Shown piece by piece: positions 21,294 to 33,968 of a stretch of 64,000 bases of DNA; within the stretch, counting starts at the first letter, position 1, and the number at the start of each line of letters is the position of its first letter. Source of the DNA: an uncultured Verrucomicrobiae bacterium (GTDB lineage Bacteria > Verrucomicrobiota > Verrucomicrobiia > Chthoniobacterales > JAFAMB01); the NCBI GenBank assembly GCA_963762565.1, contig CAVXLD010000005.1, forward strand, positions 352,001 to 416,000. Direction: 5' to 3'. Under the pieces are notes generated by a model, which saw nothing but the letters and a program-made list of their open reading frames with translations, did no database searches and had not been told where the DNA came from. Position numbers and translations under genes: made by a program.

Positions 21294-22730
21294 TTACTCG
21301 GAAGCAGGCGCTTCGGTAGGCGTCGCGCGGCTGCCGTGCAGTAGGCGTTGCCAAAGCTTGCGACGGTCCCCGATGATCTTTTCAAACAGGTTACTCTCCG
21401 GGCGCATCAACGACCCGGAGACATGAAAGTCAAGGTAACGGCTGTGTCCATCGGTGGCAGGCTGGAAATTGTCTTCGAGCTCGTTCGGTATCTTCTGGGT
21501 TAGGAACTGACTCACCGTGAGCCGGCCATCCAAGGCCAACCGGTGAGCATCCTCGACTTGGCCGTTCAAGGTGATCTGACAATTTTTGGATACTAAGCGG
21601 ATCGAGTCGACCTGAATATTAGGCCCGACAACCCGGAAATTTGAGACTGCGCGTTCCAGATTCAACCGTTGCAATTCGTCAATCTGAGTCCAACGACCCA
21701 GTTCCTGCATTAACGGGTATTGGTCTAAATAAGCAGACTTGACTTCCAAGCTCCCAGTTCCGGAAAGCTTCGAAGAGTCGCGCACGGAGCCGGTGAGCTC
21801 GAATGATCCTTCCAGGGAACCATGTGCTCGATCCAAGAAATTGCTGGTCCGGCTTGCGACTTCGTTGAGATCGACCCCGGCAGCATGGAGCTGCAAATGG
21901 TAATCTACACCCGGCTTATTGAAATCGACGGTGAGCTCTCCGGTCAATTCGCCACCGGCGACGCTCGCGCTGATTTCGTTCAGGGTGAGCACGCCGGCCT
22001 GAAATTTCACCGGCGCACCGATGTCATCGATCGGAATCGCGTCCATTACTACGGCGTTTTCGGCATGGGCGCGGCCAAGATAATCCCCATGCCGGAAGTT
22101 CAGAATGCAATCCAGCCCGCGGACTAGCGCAACGTTCGAGCCGTCCGGATGCACAACCGTGATGGCAGCGTCTCTGAGCTTAAACTTTTGAATCTCCACC
22201 CAAAACCTGCGACTCAGCGTGTCACCCAAAGTTGCCGTTTGCGGTTGTGATTGCGGCTGTTGAACAGTCGCGGTTTCAGCTCGGGTGCCGCTAGTCACCG
22301 GCTGAGAAGCGGGCGACGGCGAGCTGGAGGTTTTCTTTACCTGTGCCGACACAGGCGGGTCCTCGTTCGACCCCATTGGGACGGTGATTTCTACGTGCTG
22401 CAGCAGGATCTCTCGAATGATGATCTTGTGGCGGAAAAACGCGTCGTAGTCGCACCGAACCTTGAGAGTTTTGGCCTGTAGCACCGGAGACGAAGTACCA
22501 GGTTTGCCCACGGTAACGGAGTCGAGATTTAGTCCGCCCCATGGCGTAAATGTGATGCGGAAAACGTCGATCGGCAGATCCAAGCTTTCGCTGACCGATG
22601 CACGTATCTCTCGCTGGATGCCGGGAGATTGGATGTAAAGGTTGATCGCGAGCAATGCGACGCCACAGAAGGCAATTACTCCCAGGATAAGGAATAACGC
22701 TATCCGAAAAACACGTTTCAAACGACTCAC
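21294..22730 (-). CDS. AsmA-family protein
   Basis: N-terminal TM anchor followed by beta-rich repeats (GGELTG, G.LEGSFELTG, V.GSL.RP); GTG 22730 avoids overlap with the divergent gene. Confidence 0.7.
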   Translation of the reverse strand: MSRLKRVFRIALFLILGVIAFCGVALLAINLYIQSPGIQREIRASVSESLDLPIDVFRITFTPWGGLNLDSVTVGKPGTSSPVLQAKTLKVRCDYDAFFRHKIIIREILLQHVEITVPMGSNEDPPVSAQVKKTSSSPSPASQPVTSGTRAETATVQQPQSQPQTATLGDTLSRRFWVEIQKFKLRDAAITVVHPDGSNVALVRGLDCILNFRHGDYLGRAHAENAVVMDAIPIDDIGAPVKFQAGVLTLNEISASVAGGELTGELTVDFNKPGVDYHLQLHAAGVDLNEVASRTSNFLDRAHGSLEGSFELTGSVRDSSKLSGTGSLEVKSAYLDQYPLMQELGRWTQIDELQRLNLERAVSNFRVVGPNIQVDSIRLVSKNCQITLNGQVEDAHRLALDGRLTVSQFLTQKIPNELEDNFQPATDGHSRYLDFHVSGSLMRPESNLFEKIIGDRRKLWQRLLHGSRATPTEAPASE

Positions 22731-22767
22731 AGCCGCCAAGCCGCTATAATTAAGTCCAACGGTACCG

Positions 22768-23634
22768 ATGGACAAGCAGAAGGTGTGTATAATTTTCAAC
22801 CCGGCGGCGAGAGGAGGAAAAGCGGTTTCTCTCTACGCGGAGCTCAAAGAACTAGCCGGGAAGATCCCAATTTTCGGTGTGGCAGAGCCGGAATCAATCC
22901 TAGAGCTCGCTGCTATGGTGGCCAACCAAGGGTATGATCACATCATCGCTGCTGGCGGTGACGGCACCGTCAACGGCGTCATCAACGGTGTCGGCACGGC
23001 CGAGGTTATGTTGAGCGTTTTGCCGACGGGCACAATGAATGTTTTTGCCTACGAGCTCGGGATGCGTTCGTCGCAACTCAAGAAATGCTGGGAAATGATC
23101 GAGCTTGGTCGCCCCAGAGCCGTAGACTTGGTGTCGGCCAACCAGAATTATTTCGTGCAATTGGCCGGAGTCGGTTTAGACGCAATGACCGTTCAAGGGA
23201 CCGACTTGCAGATGCGGAAAACGATCGGTCCGGTAAGCTATCTTCTATCGGCTGCGAAAGTGATTGGTCGCCCAGCGCCAAACCTTCAGCTCCAGTTCGA
23301 GGACAATTCCGAAAGCGCTGGCTGTTTCGTCTTAATCGGCAACGGCCGCTTTTATGGAGGACCTTTTTCGTTGTTCCAAGACGCAAGAAACGACGACGGC
23401 TTGCTTGATGTGTTGATTTTTAAGCACCAGAGCTATCTCGACATTTTCCGATATTTGCAGGGAGTACTCATCGGAAATCACACGGACCTCCCCGATATCG
23501 AGTACCGGCAAGTCCCCTCGGTACGGGTGTTGAGCAGTCAGCCAGTCCCTTTAGAGCTGGACGGCGATGTATCCGGCTCGACCCCCGTACAATTTCGAAT
23601 CGCCCCCAAGAAACTGCAGGTTCTGGCGGGGTAA
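22768..23634 (+). CDS. Diacylglycerol kinase family lipid kinase (YegS/DagK-like)
   Basis: NPAAR, AGGDGTV, PTGTMN, GNGRFYGG, DDGLLD, LDGD. Confidence 0.92.
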   Translation: MDKQKVCIIFNPAARGGKAVSLYAELKELAGKIPIFGVAEPESILELAAMVANQGYDHIIAAGGDGTVNGVINGVGTAEVMLSVLPTGTMNVFAYELGMRSSQLKKCWEMIELGRPRAVDLVSANQNYFVQLAGVGLDAMTVQGTDLQMRKTIGPVSYLLSAAKVIGRPAPNLQLQFEDNSESAGCFVLIGNGRFYGGPFSLFQDARNDDGLLDVLIFKHQSYLDIFRYLQGVLIGNHTDLPDIEYRQVPSVRVLSSQPVPLELDGDVSGSTPVQFRIAPKKLQVLAG

Positions 23635-23672
23635 GGGTGGGGGCGCTTCGTTCTCGTTCTCGTCCTCGTCGT

Positions 23673-24110
23673 CGTCCTCGAAACTCTGGTAGGGCGAGGC
23701 TCCAAAACGAAATAGGCCGCTGGCATACTTAGCGCCCGCGGCTGCTTCGTCTAATAGGTTACGCAAGCATGGCCGAGCCGGGGATGGCGCATGCCAAAGA
23801 TTGAGCGTGGTCTGTTGTCGCGAATCCCGTCTTGGTTCATCGCCCTGGTCGTGCCCCGCGTATTGGACCCAATCATACCGTCCCTGCGGGACGGATCGTG
23901 CGGGGTGCCCTTTCCAGGCATTTCATGCCAGGCTACCATCGTAAAGTCCCTCCGGGACAGAAACCTCACACGAGCCCGTCGCCGGGAGGGATCGCGTCCT
24001 CGCGATCCGTTGTTAACGAAGCCGAGGGCGTGTTCTAATCACCGGCGAAAATACGCCCTTGGGTTATGGTTTATCCTCGCGGCGCGCGGGGACGCGCGCC
24101 CTCCCCGAAT
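23673..24110. repeat. 438-bp composite REP element, copy 2 (preceded by a CGTCCT/CGTTCT array at 23648-23681)
   Basis: Homologous end-to-end to 12577-13014. Confidence 0.9.
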
Positions 24111-24176
24111 TGCGCCGCGTGTCCGACTTGCGGCAAAGCACGACAAAAAGCCCGGGGTACGCTAGAATATTGCCGG

Positions 24177-26927
24177 ATGAGCGGACCCCGTCGCGCCGAA
24201 GCTAGCGAAGGCGGAACCAGTCGCGCCGAAGCTGGCGAAGGCGGAAGTTTGCCCTGGACCCAGAGACTCTCCGCCCAGTGTTGGGACCAGCAGTTGGCCG
24301 AGGAAATATTGGCCAGGCTGGCTGAGTTTTCTCCTGATATCGAAACCCTTTACCGCCGATCGCCGAGTGAAGCGGTCGATCTTCTCAATTTTCTGTGTTT
24401 TTCGCCGGTTTCGCTGGAAAAGATCCGCCGGTCTCCAGATTTGCTGCTTTGGTTGGTCGCGCCCGATGTGCTCGACTTTCAGAAGGCAGAGCGACAAGGG
24501 AGGGACCGTGAGGGACCGGACCCCGATTTCAGGTCGCTGCGCGCTTGGAAATCGCAGGAGTTGTTGCGAGTGGCGTTTCGAGAAATCAGCGGGCTAGCTG
24601 GATTTGTCGAGACCACGCGCGACATAACGGAAATCGCTGAGCGATGTGTGCGCCAGGTTTATCGCGCGAGTCTTACGACGTTGAGCAGTCGATGGGGCGC
24701 GCCACAGACTGGCTTCGGCGTGCTAGGGATGGGGAAGCTTGGCGGCCGCGAACTGAACTATAGCTCGGATATAGATGTTATTTTTTTGTACGGAGAGGAA
24801 GGGTTCGTTAATCCGCGATTCAGTTACCACGAGTTTTTTACACGGTTGGCCGAAAAGATTGTGACCGAGTTCGCCGAGAGAGGCAACGCGCTCTTCCGAA
24901 TTGACTTGCGGTTGAGGCCGGAAGGCAGCTCTGGGCCATTAGTTCGGGGGCTTGCGAGCACAGAAAATTATTACGCCGGTTACGGCGAAACCTGGGAACG
25001 GATGGCGTTAATCAAAGCCAGAGGGATCGCAGGCGACCAAGAGCTCTTATACGAATTCGAACATCATCTTCAGCCGTTTATTTTTCCAAAAGCCGTTTCG
25101 GACGAATTACTGACCGAGATCGCGGCTGTGAAAGAACGGATCGAACGCGATTTGTTAGGAGTCGACGATCTGTATCGGAATGTGAAGCTCGGCTTTGGCG
25201 GGATCCGTGAAGTCGAGTTTATCGTGCAGACCCTGCAAGTGCTACATGGGGCTCGCAATGCCTTTCTGCAGGAACGTAATACCCTGGAAGCACTCAGCGC
25301 ATTGGCCGAGCTCGAGATTATGCCGCCCAAAGAGGTCAATGCGCTTCGGTCAGCCTATGTTTTCTTGCGTGCGGTCGAGCACCGTTTGCAGATTGTGCGA
25401 GAACAACAAACGCACACCTTGCCGGCGAAAACCGAGGATCGGTTTCTTTTGGCCAAGAGCCTGGGCCTGGATTCCGTAGAAGCGTTTGATCAACAGTACG
25501 GCGAGCAAACCTTCACCGTGCGAGTGATCTTTGATCGGTTGCTACAAAGCCGCTCAGGTGAAGTTGCCGAAAAGCGGGGGCGGGAATTTTTCTCTCAACC
25601 AATCGAGGCGAACCGAACCCTGGAACGACTCCAGGCGGGTCCGAGCGATATGCATGTATCGGCACGGACCCGTCGCCTGTACGCAAAGTTAGAACCGGAA
25701 CTACTCGGTTGGCTGGCCCAGATGGCGGATCCGGATGCAGCGTTGGGTCGGTTCGTTCGGTTTGTCGACAATTATGGGATCCGTGGCCTCCTATTCGAGA
25801 CGATGCTGGCCAATCCGAGATTGCTGGAGCTGTTGGTGCGTTTGTTTGATGCCAGCGCGGCATTTAGCGACTTGGCCATCCGGCGTCCGGAGTTGATCGA
25901 AGAAATTGCTCGTGGAAGATCATTGAATGCGACGGCTAGCGCCACCGAATACCTCGCCGCTCTTCAGGCTAATCCAGAGAACCTTGCGCCTTTGGAATGG
26001 GTAAGAGCCTTCCGCGAATCGGAGGTATTACGAATCTTACTCCGCGATATTTTGGGTACCGCCCCATTAGGTGAGTTGCAGGCCGAGATGACAAACTTGG
26101 CGGATGCTTGTGTCCGGTTCTGCCAAGGAAACATTCCTGGAGCGGACCGGCTGACTATCGTGACACTCGGAAAATTCGGTGGTCAAGAACTGCTTTATGG
26201 CGCCGACTTGGATGTCGTGTTTATCGGAGAAGAACCGGGACCGGCCGAACGGCTAATTGCGGCGCTCAGTGCCACCACTAACGCCGGCAGGGTATTCCCC
26301 ATCGATACCCGGTTACGGCCAGAGGGGGATAATGGGATGTTAGTAGTTACTATCAGTGGTTATGAGTCCTATTTCAACGGACGAGCGCAAACCTGGGAGC
26401 AACAAGCTTTGACCAAAGCCCGCGTTATCTCCGGCCCCGAAAGGGAGGAAGCAGAGAACCGGATCGCCAAGATTTGGGACCGCCTCCGGACCCGGCCTGA
26501 TACCAAGAGAGAAATTGCTGGTATGTATGAGCGGATTGTCAAGGCACGGGCCAAGAGCGGTGATTGGTACGAGTTTAAAACCGGCCGCGGTGGATTGATT
26601 GGTATAGAATTCCTGGTGCAATCGCTTGAGATTGAGCTCGGGGTTCGCGAACCAAATACATTGAAGGCCCTTGACCGGGTTGGGCGCCGGCTAGAGAAAG
26701 ACGAATCAGAGACCTTGGCGAACGATTACCTTTTCTATCGCCGAATTGAATCGATCCTGCGCCGGGTAAACAATCAATCCGTTTCTAGCATCCCGTTGCC
26801 GGAGCCCGAGCAGAAAAAACTCGCTTTACGGATGGGGTTTCGAGATCGCGAAACATTCCTGGATGACTACCGCCTGCGCCGCAGCCGCGACGATAAAATG
26901 GTGCGGAGATATTTTTATGGAGCGTAA
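24177..26927 (+). CDS. glnE: Bifunctional glutamine synthetase adenylyltransferase/adenylyl-removing enzyme
   Basis: Two NT domains: GMGKLGGRELNYSSDID...DLRLRPEG and LGKFGGQELLYGADLD...DTRLRPEG; ATG 24177 preferred because the upstream extension runs through the REP. Confidence 0.93.
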   Translation: MSGPRRAEASEGGTSRAEAGEGGSLPWTQRLSAQCWDQQLAEEILARLAEFSPDIETLYRRSPSEAVDLLNFLCFSPVSLEKIRRSPDLLLWLVAPDVLDFQKAERQGRDREGPDPDFRSLRAWKSQELLRVAFREISGLAGFVETTRDITEIAERCVRQVYRASLTTLSSRWGAPQTGFGVLGMGKLGGRELNYSSDIDVIFLYGEEGFVNPRFSYHEFFTRLAEKIVTEFAERGNALFRIDLRLRPEGSSGPLVRGLASTENYYAGYGETWERMALIKARGIAGDQELLYEFEHHLQPFIFPKAVSDELLTEIAAVKERIERDLLGVDDLYRNVKLGFGGIREVEFIVQTLQVLHGARNAFLQERNTLEALSALAELEIMPPKEVNALRSAYVFLRAVEHRLQIVREQQTHTLPAKTEDRFLLAKSLGLDSVEAFDQQYGEQTFTVRVIFDRLLQSRSGEVAEKRGREFFSQPIEANRTLERLQAGPSDMHVSARTRRLYAKLEPELLGWLAQMADPDAALGRFVRFVDNYGIRGLLFETMLANPRLLELLVRLFDASAAFSDLAIRRPELIEEIARGRSLNATASATEYLAALQANPENLAPLEWVRAFRESEVLRILLRDILGTAPLGELQAEMTNLADACVRFCQGNIPGADRLTIVTLGKFGGQELLYGADLDVVFIGEEPGPAERLIAALSATTNAGRVFPIDTRLRPEGDNGMLVVTISGYESYFNGRAQTWEQQALTKARVISGPEREEAENRIAKIWDRLRTRPDTKREIAGMYERIVKARAKSGDWYEFKTGRGGLIGIEFLVQSLEIELGVREPNTLKALDRVGRRLEKDESETLANDYLFYRRIESILRRVNNQSVSSIPLPEPEQKKLALRMGFRDRETFLDDYRLRRSRDDKMVRRYFYGA

Positions 26928-26937
26928 CACCTTTTCG

Positions 26938-27149
26938 GTGGGGCGAGGCTCCGGAACAACCCACCCTTTTGAACGAAGCCGCTTACCATGCTCGACTACT
27001 GGTTTGCGGTACCTAAGGACTGCCGAGCCGCTGTGTGTTCTGCCCACGCTGGAAACGGCTCGGCAGCGCAACTTGGTCTCGCCATCAGGATCCGGTCTAG
27101 ATCGATCGCTCTGCGAACGCCTGGCGGCCATTCCGGAGCCTCGCCCCAC
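26938..27149. repeat. Inverted pair of split REPs (GTGGGGCGAGGCTCC-N68/69-TGCCGAGCCG)
   Basis: Half-elements at 26938-27030 (+) and 27056-27149 (-). Confidence 0.8.
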
Positions 27150-27232
27150 CAAAGAAGCAATTCGGATATGGCGCAACACTCCAGCACTCCAACGCTCCGG
27201 TACTCCATCACTCCGCGCGCCTCTAACCCCCC

Positions 27233-30034
27233 GTGCCTACTGACGTTTCCGTCCAACTTTTCAACCATGTCGACGACGCCTGGTCTGACGGACTGCGTGA
27301 CTGGTTAGACACAGGGTCCGAAGCAGCGTTGTCCGGTGAGAAAGTCTGGATGGTTTGCCGTTCGTTCGTCCAGGCAAATTGGTTACGCCGGCGCTTCCTG
27401 GAAGCGAACCAGACGTTGATGGGGGTCCGCTTTCTCGATCTACGGCGGCTCCGGCGCGAGCTCTGTTTGCGCGCGAGCCTCCCAACACCTTCTTTCGGCC
27501 GGGAAACATTGAGTCTGATCCTGCGAGCGAACATGACGGAGGCGGAAGCTGCATCGGCCTATGCCGGACAACTGCTCGATGCATTGGACAATCTTGCGGC
27601 CTGTGGCTGGCTCGACCGGTTTGGCGCCGATGCAGCCATGAATGTTCTCCACGTGACGCAGAGCCTACGGCCGGCGGTGCGTGGGATCATCGACTCAATG
27701 CTTTGGCGTCCACGGGTGGATCAAGCCTTGCTCGAAAAACAAGTCCAGATCCGAGACCTGCGTCTTGGTTTCTTTGGATTGGATGCTCAGTCTCTTGATC
27801 AACAGGCCTTGATCGCGGCGGCGGTATCCGCATCTGAGCAAACCCATTTTTGGATCGCTCAACCACTGGTAGCTCAGGATATTTTCATGCGTTGGATTGA
27901 GCGGCTGGAGACTCTTTTGCCCGCGACGGTCACGGTGGCTGCTAGCGAGGGTAAACCTCGGCCCTATGAGGATGTAGTTAGTCAGTTTGTTTATCCCACC
28001 CAGCCACCGGAGACGCTTCCTCGAGTCGTTCGCGGCGCTCGTTGGTCAGACCAGATCCGCGCGGTGGTCGCTGTCGTCCAAGAGGCATTTAGGCGTGGCT
28101 GCCGGGACGTGGCTATCGCCATTCCCCAAAGCTCACCATCCGGCGCCGCCATAGTCGAGGCTTTGATCGCCGCCGGGATTCCGGTCAGCGACGAGTTTCG
28201 CTCAAATGCGATCCTGGCTTTCTCGGAAAGAGTTCATCGTTGGTTAGCCGATTGGGTGGCCGGTCCGCGAACCCCAGAAAAGCTACTGCATTTGTTTGGC
28301 TTGCTCGCGCACGGACCGGAGAGTTACGGACGCTTTCGTAAGTATCTGTTAAAACAGTTTGATGACCGGCAGACACGCTTAGTTGCGGAGCTCGTGCCGG
28401 CCGACGGCGGCTATCTTTGGATCCGGGAACTAGTGGAATTCGGGCCGGACTGGCCGCCAAACGGGTCCTGGAAACAGCTGGATGCTAAATGGTCTGAAAC
28501 ACTTACCCGGTTTCAAGAATTCCTAAATCAGCATCGATCTTTTTTACGAGCGGCGCGCATCTCTCTCGAACCCTTACAACCAAATTGGGATGAAATTCAA
28601 AACGCGCTCGGAGACTTGGTCATTTCATCGAGCCTTTTTCTCCGGTTCGTGTCGGATTCTCTTTCGGGGCCAAGCCGGGTCGGGCATCCGGAAGCATCGC
28701 ACCGTTATGCTCCCGTCGTAGTCAGTACACCGGAACAACTTCACGCGACCAGCTGGGACGCCGTGGTTTTGGTTGATGGGATCGGCGATCTCTGGACGCG
28801 TCCGGTTGAACAGGATTCATTGCTTAATCAGGAATTCAGAGCCCAAACCCGCGATGAAGGATTCCTGCTGCCAACGATTCAGGATCAGGCATCGCTCCGG
28901 GAAGACGCCATTCTCCAACTAATTCAGCATGGACGCTCTTCCGTAACGGTTTGCGGGTACGCGAAAGAGGAGAGCGGTGAAGAAGTCGACGCGAATCGGT
29001 TTGTAACGTTTCTCGAACACAGCCTGCGCGCTGTCCCAGTCATATTCGAACCCGCTGCCATCGAGCCGAGGATTCTGTATCCATTGCTGGGGAAGATTCG
29101 CCAGGACCGCTGCGATCCGGAACATGGTTTTGACGAGTATCTCTTCGACTTCAGCAGCCTGGATCTGAAGCCGGATGCATGGCCGGCGTCGGAACTACAG
29201 AGAGCAATTGCGGCGCCCGGCACCTTTGCCTTTAGACAATTATTCGGTCTCAGACGGACTTGGGATCGCCGATTTGAACGCGATGGCCGGAGGACATTGG
29301 GAACCACGCTTCACGAGCTCATGAAGGTGATCCTGCGCAATCCGTTCGGAGACTTGTTCAAACAAGGTCTCGCAGATTTGAGCCAGAGTTCCGACTTAAA
29401 AGAGAGCCGCGGACCGAATGCCTTCCGGCACATTACTAAAATCGCGCTGAGATGGAATCTGCCGTCCGAGGATGCTTGGTGGCAATCGATCATCGCGAAA
29501 GCGGCGCACCTGGTTGAAGGGATGTCGCAGAAGCTAATGGAGTGGTTGGCAGACTTTCCTTACGGAATCTCGGAATATTCTTCGGGGGATAAAGTCGTGC
29601 CGGAACTGCAACTGTTTTTGAAAGGCCGCTTTGATCTTTTACTAGCCAATGTTGACCACATTGAGGGGGCCGACATTGTTATAATCGACTTCAAAACCAC
29701 GAACTCGATTCGGCGCTTCAACCCGGATACTGGCGAAGGTTTCCAGATCGTCGCCTACACATTGTTAGCCAAAGTAATGGGCGCGGCGCATTGCGCTCAG
29801 TGCGTGTTCACGCCGGCCAACGCGAAAGAATTAGATCTTAATAAAGGAGCTGACGAGATTGTGGCGAAACTCGACGAATTGTCTTGGATCCAAGAGACGA
29901 ACTGCTTCGGTCACGCTCCGTTGTTAAAGCAGGAATTTGCTATCAACGAAGCGCTGCCTTTAGCGACACTAACTATCCCTGTTTGGGTTTTGAGGAAGAA
30001 ACGGGCGTTGATGCTAGAGGGGATTGTGGATTGA
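27233..30034 (+). CDS. AddB/RexB-like subunit: degenerate helicase-like N-terminus plus C-terminal PD-(D/E)XK nuclease
   Basis: GTTLHE, LKGRFDL...IIDFKT...QIVAY; upstream of a UvrD helicase-nuclease. Confidence 0.75.
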   Translation: MPTDVSVQLFNHVDDAWSDGLRDWLDTGSEAALSGEKVWMVCRSFVQANWLRRRFLEANQTLMGVRFLDLRRLRRELCLRASLPTPSFGRETLSLILRANMTEAEAASAYAGQLLDALDNLAACGWLDRFGADAAMNVLHVTQSLRPAVRGIIDSMLWRPRVDQALLEKQVQIRDLRLGFFGLDAQSLDQQALIAAAVSASEQTHFWIAQPLVAQDIFMRWIERLETLLPATVTVAASEGKPRPYEDVVSQFVYPTQPPETLPRVVRGARWSDQIRAVVAVVQEAFRRGCRDVAIAIPQSSPSGAAIVEALIAAGIPVSDEFRSNAILAFSERVHRWLADWVAGPRTPEKLLHLFGLLAHGPESYGRFRKYLLKQFDDRQTRLVAELVPADGGYLWIRELVEFGPDWPPNGSWKQLDAKWSETLTRFQEFLNQHRSFLRAARISLEPLQPNWDEIQNALGDLVISSSLFLRFVSDSLSGPSRVGHPEASHRYAPVVVSTPEQLHATSWDAVVLVDGIGDLWTRPVEQDSLLNQEFRAQTRDEGFLLPTIQDQASLREDAILQLIQHGRSSVTVCGYAKEESGEEVDANRFVTFLEHSLRAVPVIFEPAAIEPRILYPLLGKIRQDRCDPEHGFDEYLFDFSSLDLKPDAWPASELQRAIAAPGTFAFRQLFGLRRTWDRRFERDGRRTLGTTLHELMKVILRNPFGDLFKQGLADLSQSSDLKESRGPNAFRHITKIALRWNLPSEDAWWQSIIAKAAHLVEGMSQKLMEWLADFPYGISEYSSGDKVVPELQLFLKGRFDLLLANVDHIEGADIVIIDFKTTNSIRRFNPDTGEGFQIVAYTLLAKVMGAAHCAQCVFTPANAKELDLNKGADEIVAKLDELSWIQETNCFGHAPLLKQEFAINEALPLATLTIPVWVLRKKRALMLEGIVD

Positions 30035-30066
30035 ACCCAAGATATAGAATAACCCGTGACCTCTTA

Positions 30067-30598
30067 ATCGTTCTCGTCCTCGTCGTCGTCCTCGTCCTCG
30101 ATTTTGACCCTGCGTTTTCCACCTCCCATTAACTCACCATTCCACATCATGTTCGACCACGAAAAACTCGACGTCTACCAAATCGAACTGAAATTCCTCG
30201 GTTGGGCAACAGAGTTTTTGGTCGAATTGGCCGAGGTACCGTCTCCTGTAAATAAACGAGAGCTATCCGATCAACTCGATCGTGCGAGTCTTTCCGCGCT
30301 CTTAGACACCGCCGAAGGCAACGGAAGACGTCAGGGCAAACAACGTGCTAAATTCTTCGATGACGCTCGTAGATCAGCATTTGAATGCGCGGCGTGTTTG
30401 GACGCATCGGTGGCGAAGGAATTGTCGACGGTGGAGCGGATTCAGCCCGGCAAAGACCTGTTGCAGCGTATCGTGGCGATGCTGTCGAAACTGGTCGAGA
30501 GGTTCGATCCTGATTCGTACCGCGTGAGGGAAGGTGAAAACGAGCTGGGTGAGGCGGAACCTATCGAGGACGAGGACGACGACGAGGACGAGAACGAT
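30067..30598. mobile_element. Cassette bounded by perfect 36-bp inverted repeats carrying a four-helix-bundle gene
   Basis: atcgttctcgtcctcgtcgtcgtcctcgtcctcgat (30067-30102) is the exact reverse complement of 30563-30598. Confidence 0.75.
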
Positions 30599-30621
30599 AC
30601 GCGAGGGGGCGGGGCACATTC

Positions 30622-30625
<4 letters not shown>
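30149..30625 (+). CDS. Four helix bundle protein (23S rRNA IVS protein / Avd-like family)
   Basis: MFDHEKLDVYQ, DQLDRAS.S...AEG, FFDDAR.SA.ECAACLD, RIVAMLSKL. Confidence 0.88.
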
Positions 30626-33591
<2,966 letters not shown>

Positions 33592-33600
33592 GCAAACTTG

Positions 33601-33892
33601 GTGGGGCGAGGCTCCCGGATGGCCTGAGAGCTTTCGCAGGGTTAAGCTGCGTATCCTACCTTATTGCATAAAACGCCTGAACCCTGCCGAGCCGGGCCCA
33701 GCGCGAACCATGCTCATCAGTAGATTTGTGAGAATAAGGTTCCCTCCCGGACTTGGGGCTGGCGATAGCTTACGGTTTCAATGACATCCTGGGACCAACG
33801 GCTCGGCAACGGTTTGGTGTATTCCGCGAATCGTCTGAATGAGCTGTGTTGCCTTGCGAAATCTCACAGGCCATTCCGGAGCCTCGCCCCAC
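33601..33892. repeat. Second inverted pair of split REPs (69-nt inserts)
   Basis: Half-elements at 33601-33694 (+) and 33799-33892 (-). Confidence 0.8.
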
Positions 33893-33968
33893 CAATCATG
33901 GCTTCCACTGTAAACGTTTGCATCATTTGCTCTGCGAGTGTTACGTTTGCGCGTTTTCTCTTTCCCCC

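Noticed and set aside
24066..24176. Longer glnE start
   Set aside because: Lies inside the composite REP element; ATG 24177 follows a -10-like hexamer
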